DNA of 62,447 nt, filler included, from Choristocarpus tenellus KU-1152 (taxonomy: Eukaryota; Protista; Phaeophyceae): the NCBI GenBank assembly GCA_964200185.2. It is 15 parts of 15 records of this genome, joined end to end, with 100 filler letters (N's around TTAATTAATTAA, not from the genome) between each part and the next. Parts side by side here need not be neighbours in the genome. Positions count along the whole stretch, not along the records: positions 1 to 2,908 come from CAXNAD020023735.1; positions 3,009 to 6,802 come from CAXNAD020017881.1; positions 6,903 to 9,432 come from CAXNAD020027027.1; positions 9,533 to 13,108 come from CAXNAD020019161.1; 11 more parts are not named here. One strand, 5' to 3'. Shown piece after piece: positions 1 through 11,884 of the stretch. The translations under genes were made by a program, and so were the position numbers. Positions within the stretch are counted from its first letter, which is position 1, and the number at the start of each line of letters is the position of its first letter. The notes under the pieces are model-generated. The model ran no database searches. It was given only the letters and a program-made list of their open reading frames with translations, and was not told where the DNA came from.

Positions 1-804
1 GGGCCAAAAAAAAAAAAGTAACAAGGAAGGCTGTAAGGTGCTGTGCTAGCTATCTCATCCCCCATCCTCTCTCTTTAATGAAAAAAAAATGTCACTACAA
101 AAATCTTGCCTTACATATATGCACCTATCTCTTTAAAAGTCGATCTCAACTAAATCACCTCAAGAGAGGAAACCAATACAATATTTTTCATTAGTATTTA
201 CTAACTACTACCACTACAGAGTTAGAGTTAGGGATTTGACCCAATGAGGTTCAAGGTAGTGTATTCAGATATGATTATACCAGTATCAACTAGCTCTGGT
301 GATTGTTTGAGGAGAAACGGAATGAAAGTAAAGACTATTCAAGGTGTACCCTTTCCTGCCACATTTTAAATCTGGGAATTCAACAACGGAAATGATGAAA
401 AAATATTCTGAAAATTCATTTCTATTTTTCTGCTGTTCCTTTAAAGAACAAAATTGTCATATCAAGTTATATTATATTATTAAGCCCTCTGACATTTTGT
501 AGATGTGTCAGGGGGAAAACCAATGAAAACTATACGTATGTTATATTGATACCTATAAGAACAAAATTGTCATATCAAGATATTTTGATACCACCAATGC
601 ATTACACAGGTCTCTAATAACAATAAATACCAACTAGTGCTACCTCTGCAGCAGCATGGTCAGTATCTCAATACCTCAAGACAAAGGAATGGTATAGTCT
701 CTACTTCCATATAGTGGATCATCAGGCCAAACCCTAGCCTTATCCAGTACAAGATGTATCACACTTTGACTCCATACTTAAAACAGTATTCCAAACAAGA
801 TACA

Positions 805-846
805 AATATATATATATACAAATATATATATATATATATATATATA
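805..846. repeat. (TA)n microsatellite
   Basis: Direct inspection; interrupted TA run in an intron. Confidence 0.85.
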
Positions 847-1022
847 CGTACGTACACACACAACAATAGAACAAGAGAACCAATCACATCAAACAAAACT
901 ATCAATAACTCTCGACCAAACCACTCTAATCCCCAACAAGACAAAAGATTCCTTCAATCATTTTGCACCAAGTTACAACAGCCACAAGTTCCTATTACTT
1001 GGGAGGCATTTTACCCATTCAC

Positions 1023-1175
1023 CTTCTGTCGCTGCAAGAGAGTCCTCTCCCTGACCTCCTTGTTGTAGGCAATGAGCTCTTCCCTCCTCTTAGACTCCAG
1101 CTGCATGCGTTCTGCCATATTGTTTTCAACCAACGAACGCACCCTCTTTGTTTCAAACGCACAATCTACCAACAC
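1023..1175 (-). CDS. Internal exon of a DDT/WHIM1-domain chromatin-remodelling protein (ACF1/BAZ/WSTF-like)
   Basis: AG/GT-bounded 153-nt phase-0 exon VLVDCAFETKRVRSLVENN...LLQRQK. Spliced to exon 2460-2805 it gives LLEKEYCALPVEEKVALLE|VLVDCAFETKRVR, matching the WHIM1 pattern (Y..L...EKV.LL..L.D....T..VR), followed by coiled coil. Confidence 0.7.
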
Positions 1176-2353
1176 CTGCTCAATACATATATATAATACA
1201 TATATATAATACATATATATAATACAACACGTAACACAGCATAAAAGAGTGCAGCATACGTATGGTAAGTATTTTAAAAAATAAAAAATAGAATATTAAA
1301 AATAGAATATTCAGAAGAACAATACTAACAACAGAAGTAAACATGTATGTATGTATGTATGTATGTATGTATGTGTATGCATGTGTGTGTATATAATACC
1401 TCCCCCCTCGCCCCTGCCCCCTCAATCCAATCCAAATACAATCCATTAGTATATCATGTTTATAATAGCGAGCCCTTGCTATACATCATCACACCCACCA
1501 TCATCACACCCAACAACACACTATCCTCTTTCATCTTCAAACACATTATACTCTTATCCTCAAACACACTATACTCCTCAATAGTTAAGATTTTATTAAC
1601 CTCCTGTACTCCACACCTTCTCATACTCCATCAATCTCCTTTGATAGTATATTCAATACTACAACTAGTGTAGTGGCACACTCTATAGTTACTAACATTT
1701 TGTTCTTACTCAACCCTAACCCTATATATCCCCTTTTTCATTATTGAATTACTCTGTACACATCTCAGATACACTCCTGAAATTCTACACACTCTCCTTC
1801 TCACGATTATTATCACTATTCAACTACTTGATGCAGTTCTTACTATTAGTTGAATATTATTACTATTAGTTGAATATTAGTACTATTGACTAGACCACCG
1901 TACCTCACAGATTTATTTTATTTTATATTGAACTACATACTGTTACAAGCATATGGTTGGTTCTGTACCAACATTTAAGGTGTTCCTCGTAAAAAAATCG
2001 AAATTACATTAAAAAGAAATACTCTCTGTTATAAGCACATTGAGTGTTGTCCAGAATAGACCTTTTTTAAAATACACTTCAAATCAACATGTCAACTCAT
2101 ACACTACCATTTAACTTACTAAACTAGTTACCCAAATAGTTAAAAATCACCATCACCTCACCATTCACACACACACGTACAAACTGCATAAAGATAGCCC
2201 TCTGTATCAGAGTCAGAACACAATTGAAATCACCACACCACCCCTACCCATCACAACATCAACAACCAACAATCTAATTCTAAAAAAAGCACATTAGTCT
2301 TCACCCCTTAACCACAACCCTAACCCTGACCCAATCAACTCAACATAACAGTC

Positions 2354-2428
2354 ACCACCACCACCACCACCACCACCACCACCACCACCACCACCAACAT
2401 CACCACCAACACCAACACCAACACCAAC
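2354..2428. repeat. (CAC)n / (CAACAC)n microsatellite
   Basis: Direct inspection. Confidence 0.9.
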
Positions 2429-2459
2429 ACACAACTTGAAAAGTCATCCCCACTCTCAC

Positions 2460-2805
2460 CTCAAGAAGAGCAACCTTCTCCTCCACAGGGAGTGCACAAT
2501 ACTCCTTCTCCAACAAATCCCTGCGTGTTCTCAATAGCATTTCTCCTCTCTTAGCTCTTGAACCTTCAACCGCCAAGGCCACAAGCACCCCACACCCTCC
2601 CCCCTCCCCCGTTGCCCCATTCCTCACGCTCATGGCTGCCACAGGGCTGGCCCCTGGGTTGTCTGTCACTTCTGTCTGTAGCTGAGTTGGAGGGGATGCC
2701 GACTTCACTGCCCGGGTGTAGGGCCCCATGTAGGGTAGGGTTAGGGCCAGAATGGTGGTCCAGGTGGTTGGGGTGACCAAGTCGCTAGAACTGCTGTGCT
2801 CATTG
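2460..2805 (-). CDS. Internal exon of the same DDT/WHIM1 protein
   Basis: tatag acceptor, gtgaga donor, open frame. LVTPTTWTTIL resembles the post-DDT L...TW.EIL motif; the exon ends in WHIM1 EYCALPVEEKVALLE. Confidence 0.7.
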
Positions 2806-2908
2806 CTATAAATACAAGGAAAAAAAGGGGGGGGGGGGGGGGGGTGAAAAAAAGGGGGGGGGGGAAAACAAAAGGCAAAAAAAAACTATATAACTAAGAA
2901 CGGAAAAA

Positions 2909-3008
2909 NNNNNNNNNNNNNNNNNNNNNNNNNNNNNNNNNNNNNNNNNNNNTTAATTAATTAANNNNNNNNNNNNNNNNNNNNNNNNNNNNNNNNNNNN
3001 NNNNNNNN
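2909..3008. other. Artificial contig-joining spacer N44-TTAATTAATTAA-N44, first of 14 (others start at 6803, 9433, 13109, 17086, 24939, 29989, 33365, 38424, 44257, 47848, 50485, 55724, 59756)
   Basis: Identical 100-nt block with a six-frame stop linker, repeated 14 times. Confidence 0.98.
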
Positions 3009-3590
3009 GGGGGGGGATTAGGGATTTGGGGGGGGAGTTACAACAGGGGTTGCCTTGCTGTAGTCACTCATCCCAACAACACCAGGTTTAATCACAGGCG
3101 ATGCTTTGTCTGTTGGTATTCCACACGCTCTCTCCCTTCCAAGCATTGGCAGTACAATAGATAGCATTGCCCTTATCATACAGTAGTGTGTGTTTTATAA
3201 CATATGGGGAGGCCATGCATGGAAGTTTTGAAGGGAAACAGCTGGGAGGAGTGAAGTACCACAACAGGTAGGTCGTTGAATTCCACAAGAGCAAAGTCAG
3301 GCTACTGTGCTTTCTGTCCTTTATGTTATTGTTTGTTGTAAGAGCTATTTTACTTCAATGGTGCACGCTTCTGTTCACCCCAACCCTAACCCTATACCAA
3401 GACTCCATGGTACTGCACCAATGTCGCCCCACCCCCTATGACTGCTGGCCTCCTCCACTTAGCCCAAGCTACACTTGATCTCCTCCCCCCCTCCAGTATA
3501 TCCTTGGTGTGGTCACACTTTTGTACCAACCACCATTAACAAGTGTTAATTATACTCGCACTCACATACTGTTGTGTGCCTTTGTCGTAG

Positions 3591-3704
3591 CTGGTATTTT
3601 TGGAAACAGTTCTCACTGATGATGACAAGGTGTGGGAAAATGTCAAAGAGGCCAAGATGAAGAGCCCGGACTATAAGGGGGTGCAGGAGGACGAAGCCAT
3701 GAAG
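3591..3704 (+). CDS. PFKFB: 6-phosphofructo-2-kinase/fructose-2,6-bisphosphatase, kinase-domain exon
   Basis: tag|...|gtgcgt, 114 nt: LVFLETVLTDDDKVWENVKEAKMKSPDYKGVQEDEAMK, matching the PFK-2 F.ES.C.D...I..NI...K..SPDY motif. Confidence 0.9.
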
Positions 3705-4145
3705 GTGCGTGCATAATCCTGGGGGGGAGTGGGCGGGGGTGGTAATATCTCTGTTGGTTTTTGATTTTTAAGGAGTGTAACTGTTGCATTGAATAAATGC
3801 ATCACTAACTCTATTAAGTGTATATGCGTAGAGTGGTGAAGGCATGATCAGTATAGGTGGCTGTGTACAGCTTGAGCTGGCAGTCCTCTATAACTAGAGA
3901 GTTTTATGTCTGATTTATGGGTATGTTGTGAATGGAATATTCATCAGTTATTACTATTACTATTTTTTGTCACAAAAGTTCCCCCCCCCCACCTTGCCCT
4001 GGAAGCACTGCTCAAGCCCGAACTGCATGCCTAGGTAGTATCTTCCCCCCCCGCCCCTATGTGTTTTGTGTCTGGATATACATTAGTTGTGTCTAACTTT
4101 CCATCCTGCATATGTATGTGCTTGGTTTGTGTTTGCTTGCCTCAG

Positions 4146-4187
4146 GATTTCTTCTTAAGGATTGCAGCATACAAGAAGGTTTACCAG
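4146..4187 (+). CDS. PFKFB: PFKFB exon
   Basis: cag|...|gtgaat, 42 nt: DFFLRIAAYKKVYQ (family DF..RI..Y...Y). Confidence 0.9.
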
Positions 4188-4597
4188 GTGAATGGCAATG
4201 TAAGACAGAAACTAGACACAAAATGGACACAACCATAGCACTTCAAGCTCACCACAGTTGGTGATACATCAATCCCTCAGTACGTGGATACAAAACCTGA
4301 TGGTATCTTCATGTGGGTACAAGCCAGCACCCAACCTTTTCTATAGTCACATGCCCTACAATTGGCCAAAATCAGAACAGCATAAAAGATGGCCAAGAAA
4401 TGTTACATGCAACACCACACCACCCTCTAACCAAACCCCCCTGCCCCACCCTCCCATCTCTAATGCACACATAAACATACCACTTGACATTCCAAATCCC
4501 CAATCCACCCATCCACCCATCCATCCACCTTCTCATACGATACACCTTTTTGGTTTGGATTTTTTTGTCACTTCCCGTCTTCCATGTTCAACGGCAG

Positions 4598-4702
4598 CCT
4601 TGCACCAGGGAAGAAGGCATCTCCTTCATCCGTCTCACTAATGCCGGGGAGGAGTTGATGGGTTTTCATACCCAGGGGTTCCTGTGTGGTCGTGTGATGC
4701 AA
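4598..4702 (+). CDS. PFKFB: PFKFB exon
   Basis: cag|...|gtaagg, 105 nt: PCTREEGISFIRLTNAGEELMGFHTQGFLCGRVMQ (family SYIK..NVG......I.GYL.SRIV). Confidence 0.88.
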
Positions 4703-5365
4703 GTAAGGAGAAGGGAGGAAGACCCCATATTTTGCCTAATATTGCTTTATGCCTTTCAATTGTACTGTACTCCGCCTTTATTTCTACCCCCAGTGTACAT
4801 TTTGTTGTACTTGACAGCACATCGCTGGCCTTGTTTATTATTGTTAGAGTGCTTCCGTTTAGAAGTACGCAACGACTTTGTTTTCACATTTTTGTTTTTT
4901 TTGTGTGAGATGTATCTCTCAACTAGTACCATGGGTCAAGGCCATGAGTAGTTTTGGAAAACGACCAAGAGGTGTAAATTAGTTTGTGCTACCATGATTC
5001 GAAGGAGTTAATTATTATAGAAGACAGTGAACAAATTGATACCTGGTATGTTATGGACTGGTAGTGTACGCTGCCACCTTTGTGCAAAGACAGCAGCAGG
5101 AGAATCTGTGGCATGGACCAGCGGGAAAAGGCTATTCCTCCAGCGTGGTGATGAGGGATTCCTCATGCAGGTTGATTTTGTCCTCGCCCTTTGCAGCATC
5201 CCCCCACCAGTCTCCTCACCCATGTCCCTTGTTTACCCCTTCCACCTCTCAACTAATCCCCTAATTTCGTTTCAACTTCCTTCACGTTTCCTCCCATGCC
5301 ATTAACAACACGAATTTGGTTTTGTTATCTCCTGTCCAATGATGTTGGGCCTAACACGATGCCAG

Positions 5366-5518
5366 CTGATGAACAGCATGAGACTGAGCCTTAGGCCGAT
5401 CATGCTGACAAGGTGTGGGGAGTGTGAGTTTGAGACACAAGGGCGTATTGGGGGGGATAGTCCACTCACTGCAGTGGGTCAACTTTATGCCGAGGCTCTG
5501 GCGGAGGGGATTATCCAG
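5366..5518 (+). CDS. PFKFB: PFKFB exon, start of the bisphosphatase (histidine phosphatase) domain
   Basis: cag|...|gttagt, 153 nt: LMNSMRLSLRPIMLTRCGECEFETQGRIGGDSPLTAVGQLYAEALAEGIIQ (family LMN.H...R.I.L.RHGES..N..GRIGGDS.L...G..YA..L). Confidence 0.92.
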
Positions 5519-6548
5519 GTTAGTGAAAGGGAATTCAACACAATGCTTATATTCACAGCCCAAAATGGTGTGATGATTGCCCAGATCTATGCTGTGTTTT
5601 TTGGTGCATAATGGTCATAGATGATGAGGTGCAATACTGATATGGGTTTTGTTATGATATTGATGTGTGTTTGTGGGGGTGTTTGTATTTATGTACTTGT
5701 GCATTGAAGGTTTTAGGTGGGTGCGGGTGTGTATTTAGCAAGTGTCCTCCCTTGATGCATTTTTCGTTTTAACATTAATGACTGTTGGTTGTTACTGTTT
5801 GTAGTGAGTATTGTTTTGGAGGTGGCAATGTTGCTCATGATTGGTTGGTTTAGATTCATTTGGCAGTTACAGATGTAGTGGATGGTAAATGTGTAACGCC
5901 CTTGGTAGTCGAGATGAATGAGTGGATGGATAGATGAAATGGATGGAAGCCCTGGAGGGGAAGAGAGTGGCACCCACGGTAGCCAAGAGGCTGGTCACAG
6001 GTTCACACAGACCAGACAAGAAGAATACCTGTAAAGTGTCTCTAAACACAATGTTTTCTGTTGATATGATCACTTTTGAGATTTCTATATGCGTGTTTGA
6101 GCCAGTGCGGTACATTCTATACCTCCAACGTCCAAGTCAGAAAGGGAGAATCGTGGGCCAACCAGTTGATGCAATTTTGGTTGTATTGTTTCTCAATCAC
6201 TCCCTCCCCGTCTCCCACCCTATCTCTCATCTTCCCTTGCTTCCCCCTGTAGTAAGTAGTGACAGGATTGACCTCTTACTTGCAATAGGGTTTTGGACGA
6301 CATAGCCCCCCAACCGCCCCCCCCCCCACGACCGTAACCAGTACCGGGTCCTCTCCCACCACCACCACGCCTCCAGTANNNNNNNNNNATCTGGTTTTGG
6401 ACGACATAGCCCCACCCCCCACCCCCACCTTGAATCTATCCCTAGTAGTGGTGTCGGTCCCCTCCCTTTTAGAATGTTCATGTTTGAGATTTCCTCTAGC
6501 CCCCTTCTCCTCTCTTGTTCTTGCGCTGATGGTGTCTCTCCTTTGCAG

Positions 6549-6595
6549 GCTCGAGATAATCTAAAGATTGATCCTGTGCTGTGGACATCCACAAG
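6549..6595 (+). CDS. PFKFB: PFKFB exon
   Basis: ttgcag|...|gtgata; phase 0, continues the previous exon: ARDNLKIDPVLWTST (family L.VWTS motif). Confidence 0.75.
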
Positions 6596-7201
6596 GTGAT
6601 ACTGTTCTCACCTGGAAGGGGTTGTTGGTTTAGCAATTCTAGAGCTCTGCTGCTGCCATTTGCAGTGCAGTGTTGTTTGCTATGGCGCCCTGCTCCTATT
6701 TGTCCTCGCCACCCCTTGCTCCTTATGTATTCCTTGGCCTCTATGACCACCTTCAAGATGTCCTTTGCATGTAGTGCCTCGAAGTATCTGGGAGGGGGGA
6801 GGNNNNNNNNNNNNNNNNNNNNNNNNNNNNNNNNNNNNNNNNNNNNTTAATTAATTAANNNNNNNNNNNNNNNNNNNNNNNNNNNNNNNNNNNNNNNNNN
6901 NNGGGATTGTGAAGGGCAGAGGGGGGATTGGGAAGGGCGGAGGGGGGATTGGGAAACTTGTAAACAAGAAAACGTGTGTGTGTGTGTGTGTATGTGTATG
7001 TGTCTGTGTCTGTGTGTCTGTGTGTGCTTGTGTGTTTTGGTGCCCTACTAAAACAGGTCTAACATATAATCATAATTTATACAGGCAGGGATGACAGTCC
7101 ACTCAATGCCACGTACCATTGATTGACAAGATACACAAGTAGAGGGGTAAGGTACGATACAGTACTAATATAAAGCAGTCACAAAGAGTACGGTTCACCA
7201 A

Positions 7202-7316
7202 ATTAGATCAAAGTACAATAAAGTACACCACATTAGATCAAAGTACAACAAAGCACAACAATTAGATCAAAGTACAATAAAGTACACCACATTAGATCAA
7301 AGTACAATAAAGTACC
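7202..7316. repeat. ~30-bp minisatellite, 4 copies
   Basis: Unit attagatcaaagtacaataaagtacaccac. Confidence 0.9.
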
Positions 7317-7573
7317 GGTAGTGGAAAGAACTGTGTCAACTGGCTTGGAGACATAGTATGAGAGAGTGTACGTGTTCATAACAACGTGATGGAAGAGTGG
7401 TCGGTAATAGGAAGAAATTGGACCAAACGAGGGGGAGTGAAATGGTGGGTTAGTACAGTAAAGTAGTACAGTCAAGAAATGTGGGTTAGTACAGTAAATA
7501 GTGCAGTACAGAAAAGTACAGCATGGTACAGTAGTGTACAGTGCAGCAAAGCAAAGTATGGTCAGGCACAGCA

Positions 7574-7869
7574 AACTGAGGTACAGTAGTGTTAAGTACA
7601 GGAGCAAATATAGTCCAACACAGTGAACTGAGGTACAGCACTGTTAAGTACAGGAGCAAATATGGTCCAACACAGTGAACTGAGGTACAGTACTGTTAAG
7701 TACAGGAGCAAATATGGTCCAACACAGTGAACTGAGGTACAGTACTGTTAAGTACAGGAACAAACATGGTTCAAAAGAGCGAACTGAGGTACAGTACTGT
7801 TACGTACAGGAACAAACATGGTTCAAAAGAGTGAACTGAGGTACAGTACTGTTAATTACAGGAGCAAAT
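7574..7869. repeat. 52-bp minisatellite, ~5.7 copies
   Basis: Unit aactgaggtacagtactgttaagtacaggagcaaatatggtccaacacagtg recurring at ~52-nt period. Confidence 0.92.
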
Positions 7870-8427
7870 TCATTTTAACATGACTAACTACACTGCCCAG
7901 TGTATTATTTCTGTTTAGGTGTATGGAGAAATAAAAAAAATACCTAAGATATCCCACATCTTAATCGAAGTGATGGTAAGTCCTGAAGGGCATATTAAAA
8001 ATTTTAAAAAAGAGTAACACTACTCACTCTCGACCCTAACCCTATAACCCTACCTCCATTTTTTCACCTGTATTATTTTTATTTTCTGCTTATTCTTCGT
8101 ACGAATCATTTCAATGTATTTGAAACGAATCACCAAGGAAACAAATAAAAAAGAATATGAAAATAAGAAAAAAAGGAGGAAATGTTCTGGTGGGGTGCAT
8201 CACTAACCAACGGGGTAAACCGTACCCCTTCCTGTAATATTTTTAATACATTTTCTGTTACGTTGTATCATTCTTTAAAATAGTAAGTTCAACGTTGTAG
8301 GAGTGTATGTATGTCATCTTAGAATACAATTTGCAGACGCAGATTTTGAAAAATAAATAAATAAATAAATAAGAAAGATAAAAAGTGTGCCGTTATCACT
8401 AAACCAATACACCCACCATATAACACA

Positions 8428-8712
8428 GAGCCAAAGTATCTTAGAGGGTAGAGCCGCGTCCATTTGGGGGTCAAAATCCAATATTGCGATTTTGGTGTAA
8501 TTTTGGCTGTCGTGTTTGTTAGGAGATTTCAATATCCTTGTTCCCGACACACCTTTTCATAAGGTATACCTTTTCATAAGGTATACCTTTTACCCACTCC
8601 AGAATATTTTGGATTAGGAAAATGTCTTAAGAGAATCCATTGGAAGCATTGGAAGCCAAGTCCCAAATGGACAAACAGGGCAAAACTCTTACCCTCTAAG
8701 ATACTTTCACTC
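8428..8712 (+). mobile_element. MITE family A (Sola2-like, ~260 bp)
   Basis: TIRs GAGCCAAAGTATCTTAGAGGGTA ... TACCCTCTAAGATACTTTCACTC; homologous to 8 other copies in the window; carries small internal tandem duplications. Confidence 0.9.
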
Positions 8713-9133
8713 ACACATTCATTTTTTTTTTAATGCTGCAGACTTTGTCGTGATATTCCATTCCACATTCTTTAAACAAATTGAGAAGAAATAAAAATAG
8801 AAAATTCCACACAAAAAAACAAAAAAAATCCAAGCAACAAACAGAGTGGTTGGTAACAAGCTAAGCGTATCCCTACAAAATCAAGAGTAAGCAACACAGC
8901 CAACCAAACGTATCGAGCAACAAACCAAACTTAACTCTCTACTAACGCCGATCACCCAATCAAAAACGCCTCCATTGCCCCCCTCCTCCATCGCTTGCGC
9001 GTGCGTCCTCCCTCTGCACACCGTTTTTTTTTAAAAGGCAACAATTTTTTTTTCAACAAAACAAAAATTAAAAATTAAAAAAATAATACTAACCTTTTTG
9101 TTATTCTTGTGCTTCAAGTTACTGTGTTGCCTT

Positions 9134-9211
9134 ACTGCAGCGGTACAAACCTCACACTCCATATCCAAACCTGCCTTCATCTCCTCCCTCTGATTCCTGC
9201 AGTTTTTTTCC
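9134..9211 (-). CDS. Putative short internal exon, unknown protein (approximate ends)
   Basis: ttcag|gaaaaa...gca|gtaagg; EKNCRNQREEMKAGLDMECEVCTAA within AT-rich intron-like flanks. Confidence 0.4.
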
Positions 9212-10092
9212 TGAACGGACCGACCATCACAAAAATATAAAAAAATATATATATATTTAAAAAATATTAAAAAATATATACATATTGCATGCATACATAT
9301 ATTCAGTTTCAATGGGGGAGGGAGGGGGGGGCGGGGGGGGGGATAGAGCACCAACCGCAGCCTATCAGAGAGTGTCTAGGGGGGGACCAGGGTCAATGAT
9401 TGGATGTAATTTTGGCTTTGGAATTAACGTAANNNNNNNNNNNNNNNNNNNNNNNNNNNNNNNNNNNNNNNNNNNNTTAATTAATTAANNNNNNNNNNNN
9501 NNNNNNNNNNNNNNNNNNNNNNNNNNNNNNNNCGCAAGATGAAAAAATTGGCCCCAAATGGACAGCCACCACCCCCTCCCAGATACTTTGAGCCTGTCTC
9601 ATTGCCAATGCTTCCTCTTCCTGAGACACCTTGTAGACAATGTGGAAGGAAGGGTGACTGCTATCCTCAGTATTGGATCCACCGTGAACCATCCACACCG
9701 ATGTGGTTATGCATCACATACTGTCATCTCTACACTGACTGACCCATGAGTGACACAGACGTAAAAAAATGTTCATCCTTAAGAAAATGGTTCAATGTGT
9801 ACTGCAGATGACAGTGGACAAGGACAACAAAAGAAAGGTAATGTACCTCGTCACTATTCAGTGAGAAATCCCTTTTTCTGAAAAACTGTACTGTTCACCA
9901 AGGCCCCCAGGGAGATTGCTCCCTACGAACCAATGTTCACATTACTATGCTTCTGGGCTAGCTTTAGGAAGGTGGGTGCGAGGCAAAGGAAGAATCTCAA
10001 GAGCCTGTAAGACCCTATGTGCCCAATGAATGGGTGGCTCCAGCTTGAAATACATGACCTGCCTCGAAATACGCACTTGTTCAGTTAAAGAT

Positions 10093-10871
10093 ACAATTGA
10101 AGAAATAGAGAGGTAACCAGGGTTTCATTTTATGGATGCGAGCCAAAGTATCTTAGAGGGTAAGGCCGCGTCCATTTGGGGACCAAAAAGGGTCAAAGTA
10201 TCTCAGAGGGTAGAGCCGCGTCCATTTGGGGACCAAACTCCAATGTTGATATTTGATGTAATATTGGCTATTATATTTGTTTGGAAGTGTTAATATCCTT
10301 GTTCCGGATACACGTTTTCATAATGTGTACATTTTACCTACTCCAAACTATTTCGAATTAGGTAAAATGTCACTAAAAACCCGTGGGAAATCAAGCTCCA
10401 AATCGACAAACAGGGCAAACCTTGTACCCTCTAAGATACTGTCACTCAAAATCCAATGTTGCGATTTGGATATAATTTTGCCATTGTGTTTGTTAGGAAG
10501 TGTCAATATCCTTGTTCCAGACACACCTCTTCATAACGTATACATTTTACCTACTCCAAAAACATTTTGGAGTAGGAAAATCTCATAAAAAAACACATGG
10601 GAAGCCAAGCCCCAAATGGACAAACAGGGCTAAACTCGTGCCCTCCAAGATACTTTCACTCATGCTAACAAATGAGCAAATTTGACTTTTTATACAAATG
10701 GATATAGGGACTTTTCTGAATTCTGTCAAATATTTCAAACAATAAACAAGTCAACCCTCTCAAGTTCATCTTACCACTTCATTGATAGAAATAAGATGAC
10801 TTCCAAACAATTAAGTATGTGGCATTAAATGCAAAATGGCCAAAACCTGGGTACCTCTGTTGTTTCAGCTC
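10093..10871 (-). mobile_element. MITE family B copy interrupted by nested family A copies
   Basis: Degenerate TIR ...gagaggta / tacctctgttgtttcagctc; body matches the copies at 55345 and 11885 once 10140-10661 is removed. Confidence 0.75.
10140..10661 (+). mobile_element. MITE family A (outer copy, TSD ATGC) containing a second complete A copy at 10190-10447 (TSD AAAA)
   Basis: ATGC flanks both outer ends; inner copy GGGTCAAAGTA...GTCACTC is flanked by AAAA; removing it restores the consensus A sequence. Confidence 0.88.
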
Positions 10872-11199
10872 TGAAGTGGATCCTGTTTAGTAGGAGTTTG
10901 AACACATGCTGGGCCTTTCGATCCTGGCATCATGACCTGCCAAGGTAAGAACATCCAGAACTGGAGCTGGAGTGGTTGTATCAACCCAGTCAACTCAGTC
11001 CTGGCGTATGATCACTGCCGGGTCCTCCGAGGGGACTCCTTATGAGTTATGGCATAGGTTGAAGGATCCCAGCGCCTGCACTATGGGATTCACACAAATG
11101 CCTATGTAAGGCCCTCTCTGTGGGATCCTTGTTATATAGACAGGAGGTTGGGGAGAGAGGCTACAAGTGATCCTATAAAACCAGTGAGATGGTGGTACC

Positions 11200-11800
11200 T
11201 CATGGAGGATAGGCTCAGACCCCCCAAACATGCAGGCATCTGCATCTGGACTTGCTAGTGTGCTCTAGGTGACCTGACTTATTGGCACACATCCCATAAA
11301 ATGACTCCATTGGCTCAGCTGAGTCTGCCGCCACTATCATCTTCTTTTGCATCAGTAAGGGGGGTTGAGCGTGCTTTGCTGGACATACATCTGATAAATT
11401 GAGTCTGGAGAATGGGTGATTTTCCTACAAGGAAATAATGCCGTCAACAGCAAACACCGTTTGCCTTTCAACAAAGCCCTCCTGAGGTCCTACCAGAACT
11501 CCTCCCTTATATGATGAAGGTATGTAGGGGCACACGTGATCTTTCCCCCCTAAACAGGTGGGAAACGAAAGTCATATCCCAAATGACGGGCACAACATGG
11601 AGATTCCCTTGGCCCTTTTCTTCGCTGTCTGGCTACACCCAAAGTTCTTCAGCAGGTCCAGTTCATTTTGGACCTCAGGTAGTTTCCTCCCAGAACTTTC
11701 CTCAATGAAATGTCCATATCCATGAGGGAGATTGACCCCACAGCAACAGGTTGTGAGGGAATGACCTTCACCAGGAAACCCAAGAGGAGAAACAGGGACC
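11200..11800 (+). pseudogene. Decayed reverse transcriptase of a CRE-like (RLE-type) non-LTR retrotransposon
   Basis: Frameshifted motifs in the expected order: PLAQLSL (QYGV), GGVER, ESGEWVIFLQGNNAVNS (D..NAFNS), PELLPYMMK, GDSLGPFLRCLA (QGDPLGP.LFCLA), FLNEM (YLDD). Confidence 0.65.
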
Positions 11801-11884
11801 AAGAGTTGAGGAGTCAGGCAACCTGTCCGTCCTTCATCTCGCTCAGGCCTGTTGTCAGCGGCCATGAGACTTGGGACCTGTACT

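Noticed and set aside
754-1673. ORFs rich in YIYI / VCMY
   Set aside because: Translations of intronic (TA)n and (TATG)n microsatellites.
6288-6425. Direct repeat GGTTTTGGACGACATAGCCCC around a 10-N gap
   Set aside because: It flanks an assembly gap in C-rich sequence, so a scaffolding duplication cannot be excluded.
7574-7869. CRISPR-like appearance of the periodic repeats (also 18247-18470)
   Set aside because: Units are contiguous tandem copies with no unique spacers, no cas genes, and a eukaryotic context.
10277-10685. Recurrent ORFs with LGSVNILVPDT...LVPSKILSL (also 11572, 15517, 8314, 22651)
   Set aside because: Chance translations of the non-coding MITE family A, not a protein family.
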